Assembly (NCBI GenBank): GCA_043228905.1
Contig: JBHGNT010000017.1
Location: 15,686,001-15,750,000 of the forward strand
Length of the DNA stretch: 64,000 nt
Reading direction: 5' to 3'
Origin: Azolla caroliniana
Taxonomy: Eukaryota; Plantae; Polypodiophyta
Made by a program: the position numbers and the translations under genes. Numbering within the stretch: position 1 is the first letter of the stretch; each line of letters starts with the position of its first letter. This document shows positions 11,400 through 22,656 of the stretch, in pieces. A model generated the notes under the pieces. That model did not search any database and was not told the origin of the DNA. It saw nothing but the letters and a program-made list of their open reading frames with translations.

Positions 11400-12370
11400 G
11401 CGCACATTGGTAGTTGTGGGTGTTGGCTATAAAACCGGTATTCATATTAGATTGGGACCCAATTGATTATCAGTGGACAAATCCTTTTACAGGTAACAAA
11501 TTCAATTTCTTCCAATATTTTGTACAGTTGGGAAGACACGTTGCTTTCAGATACACGGGATGTGTTTCCGACTGCATTTCAATATTGGAATCAGCAAGGT
11601 ATTACTCCCCAATTCCTTGCAAGCTTTTGGGTTATCTTATAGGCAAGAAAACAACCGCACCAAATATTTCATGTATAATGGTAACTTACTTGTACATCGA
11701 GCCTTGTCGGTTGGCACATGGTTGCATAGGATGGGCGTATCTTCTGGTTGTGCTCGATACCATTTAGAAATAGAAACTCAAAAACATTGTTTATGGGAAT
11801 GCATTGAGTCTCAACCAATATGGCAACGCCTCCCTATAATTTTTGCTAACTATTTTCCCCCATTGGTTTTCACTTGGGACATGGTGGTTTGGACATCACT
11901 TTGTCCGTGATGCATTCCATTATGACGTTGAATCTATGGACCATGGATTTTACACTAAATTTGGAAGTGATAATGCATTACCATTGATGTCATTACAGTT
12001 TTCAAGAATACAAAAGGAAGTCCAACCAGTATGGGAGATACTGAGTAGTACGATTGTATATCACATCTGGAAGGCTTGGTGCTCTCTCGTTTTCCATCAA
12101 CTTAAAACATCACCAACTATTTTGGTTTCAGATATATGTTTAGACATAGTTCATACCTTGAAGGGTCAATGGGATGGATAGTTGGAGATTCTGATGCTAA
12201 AAATGCTCAACGGCATGAGTTTCTTATTGTTTGGACAACTACTCCATTCATGACATCCAATTACAACACTCCTTATTGGCATTTTCAACCTCCGAAATGG
12301 TTGTTTCCCCTGCCGATCACATAGAGTTTAAAATATTGTAAAATGTTTACACTAATGACAGTATATATTC
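11400..12370 (+). mobile_element. L1-like LINE ORF2 3' remnant (zf-RVT region)
   Basis: LLVHRALSVGTWL...CAR...ETQKHCLWEC...IWQR; C-terminus WHFQPPKWLF; frameshifted. Confidence 0.75.
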
Positions 12371-13304
12371 TTTAAAATAGTTTCACAAGTATTATTATTG
12401 TTTCACCAAACTACATGTGATCGATGCTCCGTGGCAGCTTCTTCGATGCATGTCGATTACTAGGGTTGGAAGCACAGGGCAATTTGTTGTCATGCTACAT
12501 GCCTAACTAATTGCATGTTGTATGCAATGACCCCATCACAATGTCACAAGACAATGAAGGATGCACCAATATAAATGATATGAGCAGGATGCATGCCCAC
12601 AAGCTTCCACTTCAACAATGAGTTGAATGGTATGCAACGAAAGGTTGGTATATTTGTCCAAGACAACAACTTTGAAGGTAAGTGGTCTTTTTATGACTCT
12701 TGTCTTGATCAATACGAAGGTCTATGAGGACAAAATGAAGTGTGGCTACGCAAACTAACTAACATAGCAATTCTACCCGCGAAGAACCACCACCACCATC
12801 ACATCAAACACATCATCATCATCATCATTCTTTAGCAATCAATCGATGCCCTCAGTCAAAACCATGTTAAGAATAGTGAAAAAAAATTGTCGCCAAATGA
12901 AACAATGGAAAAGAGCAATACTCTACTCAAAAGTAATGGATTTCCTTATCCTCACACAAAATATTAGATTAGATTAGTATTTTTTAGCATCCATAAAGGA
13001 AGCTCTAGAAGAAGAGGATTCTCAAAGGTAAAGGAGAAACCATCAAAATCATTTGGAGTGTTGGTATTATGGGAAAGCCATGTGGAGGCAGATTATTAGA
13101 AGAAGCAGAAATGTGATATCACTAAAATGGCAACTTCCATCTCCATGCATGATGGAACTTTGTGAGCTCTTTGTATAAAGTCAATTCTACATTGGCAAGC
13201 ACCACAAACTAATCGTGTAGAGAAGGGTGACTTTTGCATGCTCAACGACACACTATCAACTCCATTGAATGATGACAAGCTCCAAATGACATGGACAATA
13301 ATCC

Positions 13305-14326
13305 ATGAGTTCCTACACATGGCCATACACAACCAATAAGGGTCAAACCCCTAGAGGATATAGATATTTTGCCATTAGGTTTTATATGGTTGACCCAAAT
13401 TTGGGGCCACTTTTGGGACACAACTCACCACACTCGGGGCCTACTTACCGCCGAACATCTTTATTGGCCTCACCGTCTCAATATTGCATTTGAGAACCTA
13501 TTGGAAATGGATATGGTCATTCAAGGGGCCAACTAAATTTATTCTCTTTCGATGGTTATTAGTGCATATGGCTCTACTTGTTGGTCATGCATTGAAAGGG
13601 AATGTGACACCCAATTTGCGGCAATGTGCCATTTGCCATGAACCTCAAGAGACTACCAAGCATGTCTTATGGTCTTGTTCTTTTGCTCAACAACTATGGA
13701 AGAAAGTCGTGTCTTTATTCCTAACAATAAATGTAGGTTGCTTATTCTCATGGGGATTAGCGATGTGGGGAGTATTACACTCCGGTTTAATGTTGTACGA
13801 GGCAAACGATGTTCATGAGGCAATGACAATACATAATGGAAGATTGATATTAGTTCGTCCTTTCCAACAACCTCAAAAGCAGGTGTGATCCGTCCAAATT
13901 TGGAAAACTATGTCCACAATAACATTATGGGTATTATGGAAATATCGATGTAAACAACTTTATGATGGGTAGACATTCATCTCTCAGATGTGTTGTTTGA
14001 GTTATGGGAGAACTTGTTGGTTGTAGTCCGTGGTCAGTATGACAATATGCAGGGTTCCCCAGATACTATGATCAAGAAAAGGAAAAAGCTTCTTCACTTA
14101 TGGAAAAAGGTGCCCATGTTTACAATGGTAGCTCAAGAGCCTCAATGGCAATATCGACTTCCATGGACTCTTTGAATATCAACAAATGTAAACATCCTCG
14201 TATTTTATATCAGTGTATAAAGAAAATTGTAACCTTCTTGGTAGCTAGGTTCAAGTTGTAGCCTTCGGGCATTTTGTTCTTAATACTATTGAAGAAAATC
14301 TTTTATAATAAATAAATAAATAAATA
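13305..14326 (+). mobile_element. Second L1-like LINE ORF2 3' remnant (zf-RVT region)
   Basis: WLLVHMALLVG...CAICHEPQETTKHVLWSCSFAQQLW; C-terminus WQYRLPWTL; (AATA)n at about 14307-14326 may be the tail. Confidence 0.75.
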
Positions 14327-14549
14327 TTGCAACCAACAACCACCTCCTCACTTTTCTCTCCCTCACACATGACTCCATGCAAATGTATTTCAAGGAAGTG
14401 TGTGCTTGCACCTTCAGATCCACCTATTGCTCCTTCTTGTGAGTGTGTTAATCCACCCTCCTTGCCCTCCCCCTTTATGCCTTGCACCGTACATGAAACA
14501 CTCCCCCCCCCCCTATTTTTGAAGGCCTAATGTTCTCAACATCCTCTCA

Positions 14550-15410
14550 TGCCCTTTGAGCACCGCCTTTGCCCCGCATGCACATCTCTCACCCCCCACA
14601 TCACCCCACCTAGCATCCAACCCACCAACAAACACTGAGACCCTAGCCCTCTTGCACACTTCACCTCATGACCTACTTCCTCCACATTTCAATGCCAATT
14701 GTTTGTATGATTGCTTGCTCGAGCACTTCATGTTGGTTGATACCTTGTACTCGTATCTGGAGAAAAGCAAGTTTCCCATAGAATGCCATGACAACTTCAC
14801 CATATCACACCACTTCCCTAGAAATGTGACATGTTTACATCTTAGAGTGCATCTATCATTTCTACCCAAAAGTCAATGTTTTAGTGTACCCTTAGTTGTA
14901 TGCTGATAAGTTCAAAGTATGGTCAATCATTGTTCGCCCAAAAGGGCAAGGTTGGGTTCACATTGTCACCAAACCTCTCCTCAAACCCAAGGGTGGGTGT
15001 CGGCCTCCTGATCTTCGTTGACATGCCTCAAGGTGATACTCATCCAACCTTTTATACTTCTTCCTCATGATTGGGCATGGTAAATTTCATACAACACATA
15101 ATACATGCATGCTCCATGTCTATTTAATTAGCTCATCTTCCCCAAACCTTGTTGTTTGAAATCAATCTCAAGAAAAAACAATGATTGAAGGGGTTTGTGG
15201 AACCAATCCCAAATGTTTGTATTATCCTCTTACTTGATAGGGAGAACCCTAATGTTTTTCTACTTTTTACATTCTAGCAATAAATATCTTGTTGTTACTC
15301 TTTCCATTGGGTAAACCTTGTTTGGGGCAATATTTGCCTTGTAGGTGTTGCTCAATTTCTTCCACAAATATTTTGATTTTCCAAATCCAAGTATGTGAAA
15401 TTGACATTGT
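14550..15410 (-). mobile_element. Highly decayed Ty1/Copia gag/protease remnant
   Basis: Minus-strand NVNFTYLD / LWKKLSNTYKANIAPNKVY resembles the Copia gag 'LW..L...Y.....NKLYL' segment; the rest is poorly readable. Confidence 0.4.
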
Positions 15411-16982
15411 TTGGGGACATCTTCTTCAAAGGGGGGAATTGTAACACATCCGATGTGTTGAAGGGTTCCATGATTGGAACCGCAACACCCACCTCGACGG
15501 ATTGAGGCGAGGGCCTTTCTCGACGGATAGAGAAGGTGCCCATGACTCAAGGTAAGAGTCGTGGGCTTATAAGTCTTCTCGATGGATGGAGAAGACACCC
15601 ATGACCCAATGTGTGAGGCATGGTTTGTACGTGTTCAATTGCCAAGGTGCACATGGGGAATGTAACCTCTAGTGCATTGAATACCCCAAAGTACTCAAGT
15701 ACCTTTGTGGGGGAAGGGAATCTCCCTATGCATTCAAATAACCTAATGTAGTCAAATCCTATGTGTGGGAATGGAATCTCCCTAGGCATTCAATCAACTT
15801 TAGATGTAGTCAAGTACCTATGTGGGGGAATGGAATCTCCCTAGTGATTGTATTCAATACCGTTATGATTGATATAAGGTACTAATGTACTATATGGGGA
15901 GACTTATGAGAGAATAAAGAGGATCTTCTATATAAGTTGGATAGAGAGGGTGGTTGGGTGGAGGTTCAACAGATCCAAGCTCTCTCTCTTAGTCATTTAT
16001 CCCCTTAGTAATTTATCCCCATAGTCGAAGAGCGTTGACACACGAGTTCAAATCCGATCGAAGATCCATCCTTATTGCAAATTTTTGGTGGTTTTACATG
16101 GTATCAGAGCGAACTCGCTAGGATCACGCTTGTGACTTGTGGAAATCGTGAATTCAAAGGTAGTAGTCGTTTAAATAGCCTTCTTAAAATACTAATTCTA
16201 GAATGGTTGTGCTAGAAAATATGGATGCACCAACCATGGAAGCGGCTCCCAATGCTTCCGCTACTTCCAACCCGGCGAATGTGTTGTCGACCTCGGAGGA
16301 GGTTCCTAAAAAACCTCCCCGAAACCTCCATCTACGCGTTAAGGAACTCGAGACGAGAGTTGCCTTACTCGAAAGTGAAGTCGACAATCTTATCACTATG
16401 GTCAGGGACCTTTGTGCTCGCCTCGCCGACACGAATGCAGAGTTGGTACGTTTACTTGCCAAAGAGTCTCATGCCAAGAATGACGTGGGAAAAGAAGCGG
16501 CTCAATGCATCGACGAAACCCCATGCGTGAAGCCTTGTGAACCCGAAAGCTACAATGGGGCTCGAGATGCCCAAATTTTAGAGAACTTCATTTGGGATTG
16601 CGAGCAATTCTTCTTAGCTGCCTGTATCCTCAATAAGGCGGACTGTGTCAGTCCATTGCTCCGCCTTCTTGGCCGGGGATGCTAAGCTATGGTGTCGCAA
16701 CTTCGTCGATGATAACATTCAACAAAAGAAGGGTCCCATGCCCGTGAATACGTGGGAAGAATTGAAGGAAGCTCTCAACAAACAATTTCTTCCTTCTAAT
16801 TCCGAGTGGAAGGCTCGACAACAACTTGACCTACTTCGTCACACGGGCCATATCAAGGTATTATATTAAATCTTTTCGTGCTCTTATGTTACAAATCCGC
16901 TCCATGGGAGAACAAAGATTGTTTCTTTGCATTTACCAACCGGTTGAAGGAGTGGGTTCAAAACGAGCTCTGCCGACAAAAT

Positions 16983-19900
16983 TGTAGAAAGTAGCTTGCG
17001 GAAGCAGGTATGAAGACCGAACAGAAGGAAGAACACTCAAGTTTAATGGAGAGCTTGAGCTTACGCAGTATACGCGGGAGAGACAGAGAGAGTGAGAGAG
17101 AACACAAGAACTATTTTCAACAATAATACTCTGTCTGTACATAAGACGTGCTTAGTGAACACTTTTATACAAGTCCTAAAAGGACTGACCAAAGTACTGA
17201 CAGTACTTCAATGCTCATTGAGAGCTCCTACACTAACTCCCAAATATATTCCTCATGGAATATCTTTCCTAACGACCTCCCGGTTTACGCACTCGGCCTA
17301 ACCGATCGGTCCCAACTGATCCGGTCCTCGGCTTCTTCAGTTGATCCGGCCGATGTTGAGCTTGTCTCTCAACACTCCCCCTCAAGCTCAACTCGATGCT
17401 CTTCGGGATCCTTGGGCTCACAGCTCCGGTTCCTCCTGGCTTTACGCCTCGCTCACGCTCCTCGACCTGTTCCACTCCGCGCGCTTCGACCCTTCCGGTC
17501 GGCTTGTCTACTCATGTGGCCCTTATAAGCTCTTCTACTGTTGCGGTGTTGACGCTTCTCCTGCTGCCTTTTCTTCCGCTTGGGCCTCGGTTGATTCAGC
17601 GTATCTGAATCAAACATTCGAACCGACTCGGCTACCTCCGATCGGTTTTCGCTCTCGTCCGAGTTGGCTATCTCCAACTCGTCTTCGGTCTTCTCACCCT
17701 CGATGGCGTCATCTTCCCCATGCGTGGTTGGCTTCGGCTCTCTCCTTCGGCTGCTCCCCTTCTGTCCTCTTCCGAACTTTTCCGTGGGTCCACCCTCGGC
17801 TTCTTCAGCCAATCCGAAGTAGTCGAACTCGACAAACGAGTCAACCGACTCGGTGGTGTCGCGGTCTCCGCTCCTTTCCTGCTGCCTTGCTTGGTCGTTC
17901 GGGACTGTTCTCCCCCTCAAGTTTGGCACGTTGAGATGACGCAATCCTAGCGCACCTGAGAATTGTCGCAACTTGTCCAAACCAAGAGGCTTGGTGAAGA
18001 TGTCGACAATCTGCCGATCCGTCGACACATACTGAAGTTCGACTTCACCGGAAAGGACACGCTCACGGACGAAATGGTAGTGCACCTCAATGTGCTTGGT
18101 CTGTGCGTGGAAAACGGGGTTTTTCGCGAGCTGGATGCTACTGAGGTTGTCGTAGTAGATCGTCGTCGGATATGACACCTCCTCTTGCAGGTCCTTAAGT
18201 AGCCGCTTCAACCATATGGCTTCGCATGTCGCGACAGCCGCTCCTCGGTACTCAGCTTCGGTGCTCGACAGTGCAACTATCGGCTGCTTCTTACTGCTCC
18301 ACGCGATCGCGACACTCCCGAGGGAGAACGCGTATCCAGACGTGGATCAGCGATCGGCGGCGTTGCCAGCCCAATCAACATCGGTGTAGCCGACTAACTG
18401 CACGGCTGCACCGGTCCAATATAGCAGTTCACGGTCCTTAGTGTTGTTGACATACCGAAGTATGCGCTGTGCACACTGAAGGTGCTCCTCGATAGGTCGC
18501 GCCATGAACTGACTGATCACCCCGACCGGATAACTGAGGTCGGGTTGGGTGATGGTCAAGTATATGAGGCTTCCGACAATTTGTCGGAACCTCGTCGGGT
18601 CGCATACCTTTCCCGCATCGGGACGAAGCTTGACGGTTCTGTCCAGAGGAGTCGAGACGGACTTACAGTCGGCCATCCCGAGTTTGAAGAGCATACCCAG
18701 CACGTAATGACGTTGGCTGATCAATATGCCTTCGGGGGTACGGATCACTTCGATCCCGAGGAAGTAATGAAGGTCTCCCAGATCCTTCATGTCGAACGAT
18801 GCCGCAAGCTAGAGCTTCATGCGGTCGATTTCACCTAGGTCGGCGCCGGTGATGACCAAGTCATCAACATATAGTAAAATACTAACCGGTCCGAGTCGAC
18901 CTTTCCGGATGAACAGGGAAGAGTCTGATTTTGTCATGACGAAGCCCATCCGACGCAGTTGTTGCGTGATCTTTGCGTTCCAGGCACGCGGGGCTTGCTT
19001 CAGTCCGTAAAGGGACTTCTTCAATCGGTACTACCGAGGAGTTCGTTCCGGAGTGAAATCCAGGGGGTTGTACCATGTACACCTGTTCCTCAAGGTCACC
19101 TTGCAGGAACGCATTCTTTACATCCATCTGATGTAAGTGCCACCCCTTCACTGCAACTACTGTGAGCAAAACACGGACGGTCGTCATTTTCGCGACCGAT
19201 GCAAACGTCTCATCGTAGTCGATGTCGTGTTTCTGCGCATAGCCCTTTGCCACTAGCCGAGCCTTGTACCGGTTAACGGAGCCATCGGTGTTGTACTTGA
19301 CCTTGTACACCCACCTACACCCGATCGGTTTTACCCCTGTTGGTGCGTCAACCAGGTCCCAGGTCTCGTTCTCCGCCAATGCGTGCATCTCTTCCTCCAT
19401 CGCGGCACGCCAATTCGCGTTTTTAGCCGCTTCTGCGTAGCTCTCCGACTCACGCACTTCCGCTACACGGGTCATGTACGCATAATGATGCGCCATGTAC
19501 TCGTTGTATCCGAACCGCAAAACAGGATTCTTCTGGCGGGTAGATCGGCGTAATCTCACATTAGCCGATGTCGAGGCCTTCTCGGTCGACGCGGTCTTCA
19601 CCTTTAAAGACCCGTCACCGGTTCCCTTGGAGTCGGACTTGCGTCAGTCTGACTCGTTCCTATCCGTGCCGGAATCCGACACCTTCTTCTTCCCTTTCTC
19701 TTTGTGCGTAAGCCGTCTCCTCGGCTTCCTGCGCGGAGAATGCACGGCCGAGTCTCCACTACTTGCCGGCTCTTCATCGGACTGGTCGTACCGACTCAGT
19801 CATCCAATCGGTCCACTTAACCGGAGTGAAATCAGACTCTCTTCACGACTCTCGATTTCGGGCTCATCCGAAGGCATCTTGGCCTCGCTGACCTCATCGT

Positions 19901-22656
19901 CAGAGCTCGGATTGGGGGCAGGGTTCGGAGTCGAGGGCAGGTACCAGGACGCGGACTCGTCAAACACAACGTCGCGGCTGACACGCGCTTGTTTGGTGCG
20001 AGGTTTATAACACTTATAACCCTTCTGCTCGTCCGAGTAACCGACTAAGATGCACTTCTCGGCCTTTGCGTCCAGCTTCCTCCTTTTCTCCTTCGGTACA
20101 TGCACGTACGCAATGCTACCGAACACCCTCAAGTGTCGCAAGTTCGGCTTCGTTCCGAAATATAGCTCGTGCGCCGACACTTTGTCTCCGATCCGGTTCT
20201 GGATGTATACCGCGGTCCTTACCGCCTCGGCCCAATAGAACTTGGGCAAGCTCTTCTCCTCCAGCATTGCCCGTGCCACTTCCACAACTGACCGATTCTT
20301 TCTCTCGGCCACATTGTTCTGCTCCGGCGTGTATCTACAACTGAATTCGCGGCGAATTCCCATTTGTTGTAGGTAACCGTTGAATTGACCGGAAAAGTAC
20401 TCTTTCCCGCCATCCGACTGCAGGCACTTGATCTTTCGTCCCGTTTCGGTTTCCACGAACCCTTTGAGGTCCCGGAAACAGTTGAAGACTTCGCTCTTCC
20501 TTTCAATGAGGTAGATCCACGTGTGCCGCGTGTGGTCGTCGATGAAGGAGACGAAATATCAGCTCCCGCCAAGACTAACGTTTTGTGTCGGCCCCCATAC
20601 ATCGAAGTGTATAAGGTCGAGCTTGTTCCGGCTCCGGTTTCGCTCGTTGGGGAAGGGAAGTCGGTGTTGCTTCCCGAGCTGGGAGGATTCACAAATTTGT
20701 GCCTTTCGGCCACTAAATTTGGGCAATCCGAATACTACCTGTTTCGTTTGCAGATCTTGAAGCCGCTAGTAGTTGATGTGGCCTATCCGCTTATGCCACA
20801 AGTCGATGTCCGACTAGGTTTTTCTTCCCTTTGCGAACATTGCGGTGCCGCCGTCAGTGGAGTCGAGGATGAACATCCTCCCGTCTCTGCGCCCTTGCGC
20901 AATCACACGACCTTCTTCCTCAATGAAGCACCCGAGGTGTGTAAACCGAACCTCCATCCCTTGGTCGACGATCTGTCCGACCGAGACCAAGTTTTTCGTG
21001 ATTGTCGGGACGTGCATCACGTTCATGAGTTTCCCTTTCTGCTCGACATGGCTGAGGGGAACTTCTCCGACATTCGCGATCGGATGCGTAGTGTCGTCTC
21101 CAGTTGCGACTACTCCAGGTTGTATCGGTTTTTCAAGGTACGAGAACCACTCCTTATGGCTTGTCATGTGGTTTGACGCGCCGGAGTTTCCGTACCACAC
21201 CTCGTCCGATCTCGGGGTGGTTTGCTTCATTGAGTTTACTTCGTGTCTCGTCACGAAGACAGACCCTTCTCCGGCTCTCTTGGAGTCTTCGGCGTAGTGC
21301 GATCGCTGCCGATTTCCCTTGTCGGTATGTCCGGAGCCGTTTCCGGAACCGGTTCTCTCCGAATCGGCGCGCTTCTTCCAGCACTCACTTTCCCTGTGGC
21401 CTTTCTTGCCACAGTACCAACACTCCATGATGGCCTTCCCTTGCCGGTTCTCATCGCTTCGACTCCCCCTGTTTCCGGAGGGTCCGAAGTTGCTGTCGGC
21501 ATCACTTCGGTGCCTTCTTCCTTGATCTCGTCGGCCGCCTCCATTGCGCCCCGACTCGCCTCGTCCTCCACGTCCACAGGGCCTATCTCCCTCCGTGTAC
21601 AACATTCTGCTGTCGGCGTGCGTGCTTGTAGACGCACCCGCGTGGTTCTCCTCTACCAGGAGCATTGACTGTAAGTCGAAAAAGGACGGTGTATTCTCCC
21701 GGGTACACACAACCGTTCGGAACGCTCCGAACTTCGACGCCAAACCTCCGAGACAGATCTGGACCATCTCACTCTCCTCAATGTTCACCTCTATGGAGGC
21801 GAGGGAGTCGCAGATATCCTTGATCTTCGAGGTGTAGTCCGCCACCGACAAGTCGCATTGTCGTAGGTTGCTCAACTCTTGTCGGAGCTGAAGCTTCCTG
21901 GCTGTGGTGCTCGCGGCGAAAATCTTCTTCAGATTTTCCCATGCACCCTTCGGCGTCTTTGCATCCCGAACATAGCTCAATAGTTGTTCGCCCACACACG
22001 ACACGAAGCAGTATAATACCCTGCTCGCCGATTGCTCCCACGACGGGAAGTCTTTGTGTGTCGATTCGGGTGTCGCGTCATTAGCTCCTTCGACATAACT
22101 CCAGTAGCCGTGCCCGAGCAGGTACTGGTGCATCTTGTAGGACCAAGACATGTAGTTGGTTCTGTCGAGCTTCTCTGTTGGAAGCGAGCTTGCCATGCCT
22201 CTATCCATCGTTCTTCTTGTTCTTCTTCGTCAAGCTGTGTCGGCTGCAGAGAGGTTCTCAACCCTCGCGCTCTGATACCATGTAGAAAGTAGCGTGCGGA
22301 AGCAGGTATGAAGACCGAACAGAAGGAAGAACACTCAGGTTTAATGGAGAGCTTGAGCTTACGCAGTATACGCGGGAGAGACAGAGAGAGTGAGAGAGAA
22401 CACAAGAACTATCTGTCTGTACATAAGACGTGCTCAGTGAACACTTTTATACAAGTCCTAGAAGGACTGACCAAAGTACTAACAATACTTTAATGCTCAT
22501 TGAGAGCTCCTACACTAACTCCCAAATATATTCCTCACGGAATATCTTTCCTAACGACCTCCCGATTTACGCACTCGGCCTAACCGATCGGTCCCAACCG
22601 ATCCGGTCCTCAGCTTCTTCAGCCGATCCGGCCGATGTTGAGCTTGTCTCTCAACA
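16983..22656 (-). mobile_element. Full-length Ty1/Copia LTR retrotransposon with 5-bp TSD AAAAT
   Basis: LTRs 22281-22656 and 16983-17374 (TG...CA), PBS 22269-22280, PPT 17375-17386, TSD AAAAT at 16978-16982 and 22657-22661. Removing the element restores the host gag frame (NELCRQNVTTLAAAYEAA). Confidence 0.97.
17453..22208 (-). pseudogene. Copia gag-pol polyprotein (gag, CCHC, PR, IN, RT, RNase H), broken by a few stops and frameshifts
   Basis: [75 protein letters not shown] across ORFs 20814-22208, 19800-20456, 18882-19601, 18347-18790 and 17453-18211. Confidence 0.92.

Noticed and set aside
16030-16060. B-box-like GAGTTCAAATCC in the Gypsy 5' LTR
   Set aside because: Not preserved in the 3' LTR (GAGTCCGAATCT) and no clear A-box.
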